64,000 bases of DNA from an uncultured Candidatus Rokubacteria bacterium. GTDB taxonomy: Bacteria > Methylomirabilota > Methylomirabilia > Rokubacteriales > DASRDR01. The DNA lies in the NCBI GenBank assembly GCA_963708025.1, contig CAVPSB010000028.1, positions 265-64,264 on the forward strand, given 5' to 3'. Shown here in pieces: positions 30,151 through 42,705 of the stretch. The notes under the pieces were generated by a model. The model saw only the letters and a list, made by a program, of their open reading frames with translations. It made no database searches and was not told the DNA's origin. A program made the translations under genes and the position numbers. Position 1 is the stretch's first letter; the number at the start of each line of letters is the position of its first letter.

Positions 30151-30609
30151 CGGACGCGGTGGCAGCGACCGTGAAAGCGACCGGTGGGCAGGGCCTCGCT
30201 CGCCGGATCCGGAGCGCACCGCAGAACACCCCGACGACCGCGCCGATGTTGCGGAAACGGTCTGGGCGGAGAATCAGGCCTCCGGCTCTCCCCGCCGCCC
30301 GCTTGACCGTAGTCGCGTGCGTGTGGAGCGCACCCGGGCGTACACGGCGGCACGCTGGACCCGGGGCTCGGATGCTCAGCGTAGCCCGTCCAGGGGGCCG
30401 CGGAGCGCTAGTCGGCTGCGCCTCCGCCCCTCCTCCAAAAGCTTCGGGCTGACCCGACCCGGGTGATACGGTAGGGCTGCTCATCGCGACCTCCCTGAGA
30501 CCGCGACACCACGGCGCGATGGGCTGACCCCGGGCGACCTCAACCCCGCCCGGGGTCGTTCTCTCTCGTGCGCCGAGGGTCTGTCGACGGGGTGAGCGGT
30601 TTGGAGGCG

Positions 30610-31029
30610 ATGAGTCAAGACGGAGGCGCGCCCAAGTGGATCCTGATCGCCGACGATGACGCCCTCTGCCGCGAGCTCTGGGCGGAGGCCTTGACGAAAG
30701 CGGGCTTTCGGGTGATCGAAGCGGACTCCGGTCGCGAGGCCCTGGACACGCTGCGCGCGGTCGTGCCCGATCTCCTGCTGCTCGATCTTCACATGCCCGA
30801 ACTGAGCGGTGAGGATGTCCTGGTGCGCCTCCGGGCCACGGCGGCGCTTCAGTCGCTGCCGGTGCTCATCATCTCGGGCTTCCTCGAGGATGAGCATGAC
30901 GCGGGCCGCGGCCTGAACATCGTCGGGCGCCTGGCAAAGCCGCAGCCGCTCGCCTCCCTTGTCGCCGCCGTTCGGGAGGCGGTGCGGCGGTCGCGCCCCA
31001 TCAAGCCGGAAATCCACCTGACTCGGTAG
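30610..31029 (+). CDS. Single-domain response regulator (receiver)
   Basis: ILIADDD, DLLLLDLHMP, IISG, KP. Confidence 0.9.
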   Translation: MSQDGGAPKWILIADDDALCRELWAEALTKAGFRVIEADSGREALDTLRAVVPDLLLLDLHMPELSGEDVLVRLRATAALQSLPVLIISGFLEDEHDAGRGLNIVGRLAKPQPLASLVAAVREAVRRSRPIKPEIHLTR

Positions 31030-31044
31030 GCTTCCGGACCCTAG

Positions 31045-31755
31045 TCAGGTAGACATCGTCGTCGGCATGCACAGGATGGCTCCGGGCGGGACCAGCCAGG
31101 CCAGGCGGGCGCGCGCCTCGGCGCGCATCAGCGCGGCCCACTGCCGCTCGCTCTCGGGGATCGCGCTGGCCGCCGCCAGGCGGCGGGCGACGCTGAAGGC
31201 CATGCGTGGGTTGTCGCGATCGATCCACTCCTTGAAGGTGAGCCAGGCCTCGTAGGGCTGCAGCGTGCGCTGCGCCCGTGCCCAGACCGACAGCCCGGGC
31301 GGCGCCAGGAGATCCTCACGCACGTACCCCACCAGCGCTGACAGTGTCCGCACCATCGGCTGCAGCGCGGCGGCCGTCTCGGGATCCGCCAGGCCGAAGG
31401 CGTTGACCGCTACGACCAGCGTGGTCGGTAGGCTGGCCGGGATCGTCTCGCCGAGCAGAACCTCCGAGACGCGGGCGAAGGTGTGGGCCTCGCGCGCGAA
31501 CCACCCGGTCGTGTCGGAGCTCGGCGCCTGCGGCATCATGCCGCTGAGATCGAGACGACCGTGGGTCGGCCGGATGCCGTGGAGGCCGCAGAAGCTCGCC
31601 GGCACGCGCACCGACCCACCGGTGTCGGAGCCGAGCGCGGTGTCGCACAGCCCCTGGGCCACCGCCGAGGCCGAGCCCGACGAGGAGCCGCCGGGCACAC
31701 GCTCGGACGCCTTCGGGTTGAGCGGCGTGCCGTCGAACGGGTTCTCGCCGTGCGG
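31045..31755 (-). pseudogene. Amidase signature family fragment (both ends missing)
   Basis: GENPFDGTPLNP, PGGSSSGSA, GSDTGGSVRVPASFCG; ends at LCMPT. Confidence 0.85.
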
Positions 31756-31757
31756 AC

Positions 31758-32009
31758 CACGGTGATCGGCCTCACCCCCAAGCCCGTCCTGCCGCGCCGG
31801 CCGGGAGGCTCGGGCCCCGCTCCCGCCCCACTCGTCGCCCGGCGCCCGGTGGTCTTCCTCGGGACCGAGCACGACTGTCCGGTCTACGCGCGGGAGCCGC
31901 TGCCGGCCCGGCCATCGTGGAGGAAGCGGGCGCGACGACCGTGATCGGCCCCGGCTGGCGCGCCGGGCTCGACGAGTGCGGCAACCTGCGCCTCACCGCC
32001 ACCGGCTGA
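31758..32009 (+). pseudogene. Hydantoinase/oxoprolinase A extreme C-terminal fragment
   Basis: PKPVLP..CPVYARE.., then EEAGATTVIGPGWRAGLDECGNLRLT*. Confidence 0.6.
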
Positions 32010-32033
32010 CGGGGCGCCCCGGGAGGAGCCTGC
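31926..32033. repeat. Imperfect direct repeat left of vapBC (pairs with 32784-32858)
   Basis: GCGGGCGCGACGAC..ATCGG.CCCGGCTGGCGCGCCGGG and ACCGGCTGACGG.GCGCCCCG.GAGGAGCCTGC occur on both sides of the module. Confidence 0.85.
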
Positions 32034-32061
32034 GCTGTCCGGGTCGAAGCGGTGAGGCATC

Positions 32062-32089
32062 TTGACAGCATAGTCGGTGGTGCTATGAT
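32062..32089 (+). promoter_or_regulatory. vapBC promoter, probably leaderless, with inverted-repeat operator
   Basis: TTGACA-16 bp-TATGAT with extended TG, 6 nt before GTG; GGCATC..AGCA/TGCT..GATGCC symmetry. Confidence 0.7.
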
Positions 32090-32095
32090 GCCGGC

Positions 32096-32356
32096 GTGCG
32101 TACCACCGTGACTCTCGATGCCGATGTGGCCGCGAAGCTCAAGGCGCTTGCTCGGCGGCGGGGCATCTCCTTCAAGCAGGCGCTCAATCAGGCCGTCCGG
32201 GCCGGCCTCGGTCCATCGCACCGATCCGCTCGGCCCTTCACCCAGCAGACGCAGGCCATGTCCCTGCGCCCGGGGGTGAACCTCGACAAGGCTCTCCAGC
32301 TCGCGTCGGCCCTCGAGGACGAAGAGCTCGTGCGCAAGCTCGAGTTGCGCAAGTGA
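32096..32356 (+). CDS. vapB: VapB-type RHH antitoxin
   Basis: MRTTVTLDADV..; GTGA overlap with the PIN toxin gene. Confidence 0.88.
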   Translation: MRTTVTLDADVAAKLKALARRRGISFKQALNQAVRAGLGPSHRSARPFTQQTQAMSLRPGVNLDKALQLASALEDEELVRKLELRK

Positions 32357-32781
32357 AGCTCGTTGACGCGAATCTCCTGCTCTATGCGACCGACGAGCGA
32401 GCACCTCGGCACGACGCCGCGCGGTCGTGGCTCGAGGAGCGCCTGTCGGGGGACGAGACGGTGGCCTTCGCGTGGGCCGTTCTCCTGGCGTTCCTGCGTC
32501 TCAGCACGAGCCCCAGAGTCTTCCAGCACCCGTTGTCACCGGATCGGGCATTCGACGCGGTCCATAGCTGGTTGGCGCAACCGTGTGCGGCGGTCGTGCA
32601 TCCAGGTGACCGGCACGCCACCCTCGTCCGTCAACTGCTCGGACCGCTCGGGACGGCCGGCAACCTCGTGACCGACGCCCACCTGGCGGCCCTCGCCATC
32701 GAGCACGGAGCCGAGCTGAACTCCTGCGACACGGACTTCGCGCGATTCTCCGGTCTCCGCTGGAGCGATCCCCTCGCCTGA
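32353..32781 (+). CDS. vapC: VapC PIN-domain toxin
   Basis: LVDANLLLYA, GNLVTDAHLAALAIEHG, DTDFARF. Confidence 0.93.
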   Translation: MKLVDANLLLYATDERAPRHDAARSWLEERLSGDETVAFAWAVLLAFLRLSTSPRVFQHPLSPDRAFDAVHSWLAQPCAAVVHPGDRHATLVRQLLGPLGTAGNLVTDAHLAALAIEHGAELNSCDTDFARFSGLRWSDPLA

Positions 32782-32783
32782 GC

Positions 32784-32858
32784 GCGGGCGCGACGACGGG
32801 GATCGGACCCGGCTGGCGCGCCGGGACCGGCTGACGGAGCGCCCCGCGAGGAGCCTGC
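32784..32858. repeat. Imperfect direct repeat right of vapBC (33-bp internal deletion)
   Basis: Aligns to 31926-31967 plus 32001-32033. Confidence 0.85.
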
Positions 32859-32863
32859 CCACC

Positions 32864-33079
32864 ATGCGCAACCCGATCCGCGAGAAGCTCGGCCGGGGCG
32901 AGCTGGTCCTCGGCATGATGCACTTCACTGGCAGCCCGATGCTCGCCGTCGGCGAGAAGATCAGCACCGACTACGCGCGACAGATCACGGCCCGGGGCGT
33001 CCAGGTGATCAGCTTCAGCGCCGACGCCCTGGTCTTCCTCAAGGCATGCCGGGACATCGCCTCGCTGAAATCCCCGTGA
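32864..33079 (+). pseudogene. HpcH/HpaI-type aldolase remnant with in-frame internal deletion
   Basis: N-terminus MRNPIREKLGRGELVLG joined to C-terminus ARGVQVISFSADALVF; 71 aa only. Confidence 0.55.
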
Positions 33080-33963
33080 GCCACTCGATCGAGGTCCATC
33101 CCATCGCCGGGGCCCTCGGCGCCGAGATCTCGGGGGTCGACCTGTCGAAGGATCTCGCGGACGACGCCGTCGCGGCCATCCGCCGCGCCTGGCTCGAGCA
33201 CCTCGTGGTCTTCTTCCGCGACCAGGACCTCCCCCCCGCCCGGTTCCTGGCGTTCGCCCGCCGCTTCGGCGACGCGATCGAGTATCCCTTCGTGAAGGGC
33301 CTCGACGAGTTCCCGGAGATCATCCCCGTCGTGAAGCTCGAGCACGAGCGGGTCAACTTCGGCGGCATCTGGCACTCCGACACCGCCTACCTGGAGCGGC
33401 CGCCGATGGCCAGCATGCTGATCGCGCACGAGGTGCCGCCGGCCGGCGGCGACACGCTCTTCGCGAACATGTACCTGGCCTACGAGACGCTCTCGGCGGG
33501 GATGAAGCGGCTCCTGGACGGGCTCGCCGCCATCAACAGCTCGGCGGGCGCCGACGCGACGCGCACCCGCGAGGACCGGCTGAAGGACAGCGCGCGCCCC
33601 GACGCGAAGCAGGAGTACGTCGCCGCGCATCCGGTCGTGCGCGTCCATCCCGAGACCGGCCGCAAGGCGCTCTACGTCAACGTCGCGCACACGGTTGGCT
33701 TCGAGGACATGACCCGGGAGGAGAGCGCGCCGCTCCTCGACTCTCTCTTCCGCCACCAGGTCCGGCCCGAGTTCACCTGCCGCTTCCGGTGGCACCCGGG
33801 CTCGATCGCGTTCTGGGACAACCGCTGCGCCCAGCACAACGCGATCAACGACTACCAGGGCTACCGCCGGCTCATGCACCGCATCACCCTGGCCGGCGAC
33901 GAGCCCCGCGGCTGCCCTCCCCTGGACCGTGACCTGCGCCCGGGACGACCGGGCGGGGGTTAG
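33076..33963 (+). CDS. TauD/TfdA family Fe(II)/2-oxoglutarate dioxygenase
   Basis: LGAEISGVDL, WHSD, GGDTLF, HPVVRVHPETG, WDNRCAQH, R.MHR. Confidence 0.93.
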   Translation: MSHSIEVHPIAGALGAEISGVDLSKDLADDAVAAIRRAWLEHLVVFFRDQDLPPARFLAFARRFGDAIEYPFVKGLDEFPEIIPVVKLEHERVNFGGIWHSDTAYLERPPMASMLIAHEVPPAGGDTLFANMYLAYETLSAGMKRLLDGLAAINSSAGADATRTREDRLKDSARPDAKQEYVAAHPVVRVHPETGRKALYVNVAHTVGFEDMTREESAPLLDSLFRHQVRPEFTCRFRWHPGSIAFWDNRCAQHNAINDYQGYRRLMHRITLAGDEPRGCPPLDRDLRPGRPGGG

Positions 33964-34148
33964 CGCGGCACGGATCCCGTCGCGCCGGCGGCGAGACCAA
34001 CGGGCGGCGGGCCAGCGGCGGGCCGGCTCCCGGTGGTGCCCGCCGGCTGATCCCACCTCGGGCCGAAAAGTGTGGTGTGCTCTCTGCACGGTCGCCGTAG
34101 AATCGGGTCGGGCCTCATCGCGAATCGGTCGTGTGGCCGAGGAGTTCC

Positions 34149-34604
34149 ATGTCCAACCCCGGCGACGGGAAACAACGTAGACGACTCGTCTGGGCGACCC
34201 GCAGCCCCGGCAGGGTCGTCGCCCGGTACGCCGATGGACAGGCCCTGAAGGGCTACGCCAGCGACTTCGATCCCGATCAGCCACGATTTCATCTCGCTCC
34301 GGCACATGGATCACCGGAGGAGGCGATCGAGGTCTGGCTCAGGGACCTCAAGGCCCTCTTCTTCGTCCGCTCCTTCGAAGGCGACCCACGCTACGACGAG
34401 TCGAGAGATCCGTACCAGTCGAGGCCACCGGGCACACGGAAGATCAGGCTGGAGTTTCAGGACGGTGAGCTTCTCGTGGGGTACACGACCGCACGCGACG
34501 CTCGACGGTTCGGTCTCTTCGTCACGCCGCTCGATCCCAAGAGCAACAATCGCCGGGTGTTCGTACTCACCAGTTCGGTCGCCAGAATGGAGCGACTCCT
34601 GTGA
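34149..34604 (+). CDS. Conserved hypothetical protein (DUF6982-like, two-repeat)
   Basis: VVARYADG..LKG..DF, LKALFFVRSFEG, FQDGE.L.G, SNN.RVFV. Family name is from memory. Confidence 0.65.
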   Translation: MSNPGDGKQRRRLVWATRSPGRVVARYADGQALKGYASDFDPDQPRFHLAPAHGSPEEAIEVWLRDLKALFFVRSFEGDPRYDESRDPYQSRPPGTRKIRLEFQDGELLVGYTTARDARRFGLFVTPLDPKSNNRRVFVLTSSVARMERLL

Positions 34605-34654
34605 GGGGTGGTGGCGACGGGGTGCCAGTAGTCTCGCAGGACGGCATCGCTCAT
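34603..34654 (-). pseudogene. N-terminal stub of a second Rieske oxygenase gene
   Basis: MSDAVLRDYWHPVA directly after the 34663 stop, then lost. Confidence 0.5.
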
Positions 34655-34662
34655 GGCCGGGC

Positions 34663-35799
34663 TCAGCCGTCCAGCGCGCGGTCCAGCACCCAGTTCGCGA
34701 TGGTGTTGACCAGGATCTCGTGGGTTGACACGCGGCTGGTCCGGGAGTACGGGGAGGTCAGTCCCCGCTGCTGCTCCTCGCTGATGTGGTTGTCCTCCGG
34801 GATCGACTTGTCCCACCGGAAGTAGTACTTCTGGACCTCCTGCTCGAAGTCCGGCCGCGCGATCGTGCTCCTGGGGAAGCAGGAGCCGACGATCAGCTTG
34901 CTCCGGTTCGGGCCCTGGGGTCGGAGCTCGAGCCACCACATGCAGTCCTGGGCGCACCCCCACATGGTGCTGGGGTAGAGCAAGACGAAGTTCGTGCCCC
35001 CGTGGGCCAGGCCGGTCAGCCCCGGGACATGCGGGAACACCGCCTTCTCGCCGGGCAGGATCGCCACGCTCTTCTCCGAGGCCAGGTGGCCGGCCTCCCA
35101 CTGTCCCCGCGTCTCCACGTAGATGAGCTTCTGGTTGCCCACCGACGTCTTGTGGACGGTCGGCGTGTGGTAGTCCTCCATGGCGTTCTCGATGTACACC
35201 TTCCAGTTGCAGGCCAGGTCGTATTCCCTCCGGCGGACGCAGACCATCTCGGAGAAGCGGTAGGACCCGAGCTGCTCGGTGAGGTCCCCCAGGTACTCGG
35301 CCAGGCTCTGGCTCTTCTGGTCGAAATTGATGAAGAGGAACCCCTCCCACGTCTCGAGCCTGATCGGCGTCAACGGCCAGGGGCCGCGCTCGAAGTTCGG
35401 CGTCTGCTCCATGCCGGGCGTCGCCAGGAGGTCGCCCTCCAGCGCGAACACCCAGCTGTGATAGGGGCACTTGATCACCTTCCCGCAGTTCCCCTCGCCG
35501 GTGAGGAGCCGGGTGCCGCGGTGCGTGCAGGTGTTGGCGAAGGCCCGGAGCTGGTTCGCCTTGTCGCGCAGCACGATCAGGTCCACGCCGACGAACTCGA
35601 GGGTCAGGTAGTCGCCCGGCTTCTCGAGCTGGTCGGCCCGGCCGATGAAGTTCCACGCCTTCAGAAAGATGCGCTCGACCTCCCGGTCATACCACTCCGG
35701 GGAGCTGTAGCACCAGGCGGGCAGGTGCGAGGCCTCCAGCGCCGGCCGGCGGACGTGGACGTAGTGGATCGGGTCGAACAGACTGGCGGGCGTGGCCAT
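34663..35799 (-). CDS. Rieske oxygenase alpha subunit (choline monooxygenase-like)
   Basis: LPAWCY, CTHRG..CPYHSW, CNWKVYIENAMEDYHTPTVH, ED..ISEEQQRG. Confidence 0.93.
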   Translation of the reverse strand: MATPASLFDPIHYVHVRRPALEASHLPAWCYSSPEWYDREVERIFLKAWNFIGRADQLEKPGDYLTLEFVGVDLIVLRDKANQLRAFANTCTHRGTRLLTGEGNCGKVIKCPYHSWVFALEGDLLATPGMEQTPNFERGPWPLTPIRLETWEGFLFINFDQKSQSLAEYLGDLTEQLGSYRFSEMVCVRRREYDLACNWKVYIENAMEDYHTPTVHKTSVGNQKLIYVETRGQWEAGHLASEKSVAILPGEKAVFPHVPGLTGLAHGGTNFVLLYPSTMWGCAQDCMWWLELRPQGPNRSKLIVGSCFPRSTIARPDFEQEVQKYYFRWDKSIPEDNHISEEQQRGLTSPYSRTSRVSTHEILVNTIANWVLDRALDG

Positions 35800-35810
35800 C
35801 GGCCCCTCCT

Positions 35811-35969
35811 TCAGCGGGTCGCCGGCGCGCCGGCCCCGACCGCGCCGTGCACGGTGCGGGGAACACGCCCGAGGTAGTCGGGGACGTCCGCCCGCGGGCG
35901 GACGTCCCCGTACTTCATGTGGATGTCCGTCCGATCGCTCGATCCGATCACGTCGTCCCAGATGGGCAT
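35811..35969 (-). pseudogene. Isochorismatase-family remnant with internal deletion
   Basis: Strong AAGGAGG RBS; MPIWDDVI joined to DIHMKYGDV, resembling the termini of this family. Confidence 0.5.
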
Positions 35970-35989
35970 GTCGTCCTCCTTCCTGGGAC

Positions 35990-36170
35990 CCGATCGCCGG
36001 GGGCACGCTGTAGCGTCCGTCGCGTCGGGGACCAGGGCCCTGGGTGCGCACGCCGCGCCCCAGGCCTGCAAGATGGTCCGGTAGTCCTCGTCCGGGAGCG
36101 CCCGGAGCACGTCGTACACCGAGACGGGGCGCTCGGCCAGCAGCGCCTGGATCCGTCGCGCCAGGTGCAT
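35990..36170 (-). CDS. Small hypothetical protein or remnant
   Basis: Protein-like LARRIQALLAERPVSVYDVLRALPDEDYRTILQAWG; ends unclear. Confidence 0.3.
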
Positions 36171-36261
36171 TCTACGCGTCGGGAGCCGCTGCTGTCGCCG
36201 CATCACGCCGGCCGGCGACGAGCCCCGCGGGCCGTGGGCCCCGTCGCCGCGGGCGCCGCCC

Positions 36262-37383
36262 TCAGCGGGCGAGCCGCGCAAAGCGACGGACCGAGATGGC
36301 GAACAGGGCGATGCCGAGCACCAGGATGCCGGCGATGTCGGGCCAGACGTAGGCCAGGCCATTGCCCTTGAACAGCACCTGGTAGCCGAAGTTGACGTAG
36401 TGACGCACTGGCGAGATCAAGCTGGCGTACCGCATGATCGGCCCCATGCTCTCCGGCGGCGTGAACGCGCCCGAGAGTAGCATCATGGGATACAGGACGA
36501 GCAGCACCAGGAGCATCGCCTGCCCCAGGTTCCGGGCCACCACGGCGATGGCGAGCCCCAGGCTCGCCATGGCGAACACGTAGACGACGGAGACCGCGTA
36601 GAAGAGCGTCACGCTGCCGCGGATGGGTGTCGCGAAGACTCCGTGGACGATGGCGAACACCGATCCCAGGGCGGCCAGCGGCACCAGGGCCACGACGGGG
36701 ACGACCTTCGCGGCGAACAGCTCCGCCGGGCGGAGCGGGCTCACCAGCAGGTGTTCCACCGTCCCCTGCTCGCGCTCCCGGACCATCGCCGCGGCCGCCA
36801 GGAGCATGGCGATCATCGTCACCTGGTTCAGCACCTCCAGCAGGCTGGAGAACCAGGTCTCGACGAGGTTCGGGTTGTACTCCACGCGGACGCGCGCGTC
36901 CACCCGGGGCACGCCGCCCCGGCCGGCGGCGCCCAGCCGCCGCTCGAGTAGCTCCGCGCTGTAGCCGCCGGCGATCCCGGCGATGTGGGCCCCCGCGATG
37001 GTGGCCGAGGTGGACTGGCTGCCGTCCGAGATGACCTGAAAGCGCGCCCCCGACCGGTGGGCCCGGCGCTCGAAGTCCGGCGGAATCACGATGGCCAGGC
37101 TGGCCCGGCCGCCGTCGAGCAGGCTCACCACCTCGGCGTCGTCCCGCGCGTAGCCGACGACCTTGAAGTAGGGGGCTCGGAACCGGGACACCAGCTCCCG
37201 GCTCATCGCGCTGCGGGACAGGTCGAGCACGACGAGGGGGTAGTTGTGGATCTCGGTGGAGATGCCGTGGCCGCCCGTGTAGACGGCCCCCGTGAACGCC
37301 CAGACCACGAAGAGCAGGATCGGCCAGTCCCGGAAGAGCTGGCTCAGCTCCTTCCGGATCATGGCGATGAGCCGGCCGGCCAT
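36262..37383 (-). CDS. ABC-2 exporter permease (YbhR/YhhJ-like)
   Basis: KELSQLFRD, YNPNL, VREREQGTVEHLLVSP, LSGAFTPPESM. Confidence 0.9.
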   Translation of the reverse strand: MAGRLIAMIRKELSQLFRDWPILLFVVWAFTGAVYTGGHGISTEIHNYPLVVLDLSRSAMSRELVSRFRAPYFKVVGYARDDAEVVSLLDGGRASLAIVIPPDFERRAHRSGARFQVISDGSQSTSATIAGAHIAGIAGGYSAELLERRLGAAGRGGVPRVDARVRVEYNPNLVETWFSSLLEVLNQVTMIAMLLAAAAMVREREQGTVEHLLVSPLRPAELFAAKVVPVVALVPLAALGSVFAIVHGVFATPIRGSVTLFYAVSVVYVFAMASLGLAIAVVARNLGQAMLLVLLVLYPMMLLSGAFTPPESMGPIMRYASLISPVRHYVNFGYQVLFKGNGLAYVWPDIAGILVLGIALFAISVRRFARLAR

Positions 37384-38532
37384 CAGCCCACTCGCTTCCG
37401 CAGGGCGAGCCAGGCGCCGAGGTAGACGATGGCGGCGTAGAGCGCCAGGATCAGCAGGCTCCGCCCATACGGGGTGACGCCGCCCCCCTTGAGGAAGCTG
37501 CCACGCACGATCGCCATGAAGTACGTCGCCGGGATCAGGCGACTCACGACCCGTCCGACGGCGTCCTGGCTCGCGGCCGGCGTGAAGATGCCGGAGAACG
37601 TGAAGGCGGGGGCCACGGCACCCAGGAACGTGGCCAGCATCGCCGCCAGCTGGCTCCGGGTCAGCACCGAGATCAGGAGGCCGATGCCGACCGTGCACAC
37701 CGCGTAGAGCAGGGCGCCGGCAGACAGCACCCACACGCTCCCGACGAAGCGCACACGGAAGAGCCAGAGGCTCGCGGCGAGGATCACGAGGTAGTCGAAG
37801 AAGGAGACCGCCACGTAGGGGAGGGCCTTTCCGGCCACGATGTCCCATCGCCCGGCCGGAGAGCAGAAGAGGTTGAGGATGGTGCCGCTTTCGCGCTCGC
37901 GCACGATGAGCAACGCGCTGAGCAGCGGCGGGAAGATCATGAGGATGACGACCAGCATGCCGGGCACGATGAAATTCTTGCTCTCCAGCGTCGGGTTGTA
38001 CCAGACCGACAGCTCCATCTGCACCGGCCACACGGGCCCGCCTCCGCCGTCTCCCCGGCCCAGATGGCTCTCGAAGAGCTGCTGGTTGTAGAGTGTGTTG
38101 ATCGCTTCCACGTAGCCGGTGGCGATCTGTCCGCGGGTGGGGAACGAGCCGTCGACGGTCACGCCCACCGCGGCGCGCTCGCCGGCGCTGAGCCGTCGGC
38201 CGAAGTCGGGTGGGATGTCGATGACGACCCGGGCGCGGCCGGACCGGACCCACTCTCTGGCCTCGGTGGCGCTGTCGAGCAGTCCGACGAGCCGGAAGTA
38301 CTCGGAGTGGACGAACGCGTCGATGTACTGCCGGCTCCACGGGGAGCGGTCGTGGTCGACCACGGCCACCAGCAGTCCCTTGACGTCGAGCGCCAGCTGG
38401 TAGCCGAGCAGCAGGATGAGCAGCAACGGCACGACGATCGCCAGCCCGAGATAGGCGGGATCGCGGAGGAGCTGGCGAGCCTCCTTCCGGGCGATGGCCA
38501 GCATGCGATCCCCCCGACGGCCGCCGCGACGA

Positions 38533-38540
<8 letters not shown>
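37383..38540 (-). CDS. ABC-2 exporter permease (YbhS-like)
   Basis: KEARQLLRD, WYNPTL, IVPG, VRERESGT. Confidence 0.9.
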
Positions 38541-40520
<1,980 letters not shown>

Positions 40521-40524
<4 letters not shown>

Positions 40525-41852
40525 CTCCCGGTCGAGTCCCGGTCGCGTGGCCAGAGGCCGGGGCGCGACGCGGCGTCGGGGTTCACCCACGGGGCCGCGG
40601 GTTGCCAGCGGATCACGGCGTCGGCCGGCATCCCGGGCTTGAGGATCCCCCCCGGGTTCTCGGCGAGGGCGACCTCGACGGCGAAGACGAGCTCCACCCG
40701 CTCCTCGCGCGTCTCCACGTTCTTGGGGGTGAACTCCGCCTCCTGGGAGATCCGGCTCACGCGGGCCGGGAACGCCCGGCCCGGATAGGCGTCCACCGAC
40801 ACGCGTGCCTCCTGGCCCAGGGCCACCTTCCCGATGCTCGGCTCCGGCACGTAGATCTTGACGTAGAGGCGATCGAGATCCACCAGCGTGAACAGCGTCG
40901 TCCCGGCCTCGACGCGCTCGCCCCGCTCCACCGTGCGCGTCAAGACCCGCCCGGCGATGGGGCTCCTGATCGAGAAGTCCGCGACGTGGCTCTGCTGCTC
41001 GGCGAGCTGCGCCTGGGCCTGCCGCCGCTGTCGATCGAGCGCCTCGCGCTCGGCGCGCATGGTCTCGAGCTGCTCGCGCCCGAGGCCCGCCAGCTCGACC
41101 TGCTTCTCGCTGGTCGCCAGCGCCGCCTCCGCCTCGCGCACCGTGTGCTCCGCCACCTCGGCGGCAAGACGAGCGTGCTCGCTTTCCTGCGGAGCGACGA
41201 GATCCTTCGCCACCAGCATCGCGGCGCGCTGGGCGTCCCGCGTGGCTTGGGCGGCGCTGGCGCGCGCCCGGCGCAGGCGGGCCTCGGCCTCCCGGAGCGC
41301 CGCGCTCGCCTGCTCGATCTGCAACTTGACTTGCCGGTCGGTCATGGCGAGCTGGGAGTTCGCGGCGCGCAGCTTCTCGGCCAGCACGTTCAGCTGCTCC
41401 TGGGCCGAGCGCACCCGCTCCTGCTGAGCCCGGTCGTCCAGGGTGGCGAGCAGCTGGCCGGGCTCGACCGCTTGCCCCTCGTCCACGTGCAGCGCCGCGA
41501 CCCACGCGGAGGACTTGGGGGTGAGCGTGGTGATCCGGCCTTCGATCCGCCCGCTCGCGAAGAGAAGGCCCGCGGGCGCTTGCGGAGCGAGCCAGGAAAG
41601 CATCCTCGGGCCGACCAGCACCGCGCCGCCCGCCCCTGCGAGCAGGACGACCGTCCACGGAAGCCAACGGAGGCGCCGCCGCCTGGTGGCAGCGGGCGAC
41701 ACGGGTGCCCGGTCGGCCACGGGTAGGGTCTCGGTCAGGGGTCGGGGGGGATCCGACCTGACCGCAGGCCGACCGTCGATCGGCCGGGCGGGGCCCGACA
41801 CGCTGGCCGTCCCGTTCTTGGGCGGCGCCGATCCCTCCCGCTCGGTAGGCAT
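40521..41852 (-). CDS. HlyD-family membrane fusion protein (YbhG/YhiI-like)
   Basis: TM anchor, ASGRIEG, coiled coil, IRSPIAG, AEFTPKNVET, LKPGMPA. Confidence 0.9.
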
Positions 41853-42074
41853 CACCCCCTGATCCTTGGCAACCGATGTGCCACGCGAGAAGGCCGTAGA
41901 ATCAGGGGTTTCGCCGTCCTCGCCGAGCGTGTGGTGGGGCACGAGCGCCCCACCCCGCACCCCGTTGGGGCGCGCCCTCCACACTCGCGGGCAGACCGGG
42001 CCCGCTCTCGCCACTTGGGCCGCCTCCGGGTGACTCGGAGGTATCCTCGCCAGGCTTCGCGTGGTGACGGCCGG

Positions 42075-42590
42075 TCAGCGCCCTTCCAGCTCCGACGCCA
42101 GGGCGGCCGTGATGGACGCCAGCTCCACGATGCGGGCGGCGTCGTGGAGGACGCCCGCCGTTCGGACGGAGAGCATGTTCGACCACGCCTCCACCTGGGC
42201 GCGCCGGAACGACTCCAGCCGCTTCAAGAGCTCCGCGGCCGCCGGGGGGAGCGCTTCGACCCCGTCCCATCCGCCCAGAAGCTTGCGGCGCACCAGGAGC
42301 CGGCCGCGCCTCGGTTTCTTCAGGGTCGTCATGGCCGTCGTCAGCGGGCTCTTCCGGGAGCTGCCGGTGAAGAAGTCCACGACCACGTCGCGCCCGTCCT
42401 GGCGCCCGTACATCAGCCCGCCCGAGAGGTACCCGCCCCTCTCGTACCGCCCGTCCATCTCGGCCGCGGCACGCATCGCCGCCGCCACGCACCGTCGGCG
42501 CCAGAGCGCATGGATTCCCCAGAAGGGGGCGGCGACGAGTCCCATGGCGACCACGTCCGCCAGGGCGGTCCCGAGGCTTTCCAGCATCAC
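42075..42590 (-). CDS. Hypothetical membrane-anchored protein
   Basis: GGAGG RBS, N-terminal hydrophobic helix, 171 aa. Confidence 0.5.
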   Translation of the reverse strand: MMLESLGTALADVVAMGLVAAPFWGIHALWRRRCVAAAMRAAAEMDGRYERGGYLSGGLMYGRQDGRDVVVDFFTGSSRKSPLTTAMTTLKKPRRGRLLVRRKLLGGWDGVEALPPAAAELLKRLESFRRAQVEAWSNMLSVRTAGVLHDAARIVELASITAALASELEGR

Positions 42591-42705
42591 CCGGCCTCCC
42601 GGCCCGGGCCGAAGCCCGGAAGGCTGCCGGCGACGGTCGCGGCGCGCCGAACGGCCCGGAGGGCAGCGACGGATCGAAGGAGGGACGGAAGAGGGGCGCA
42701 GACGG

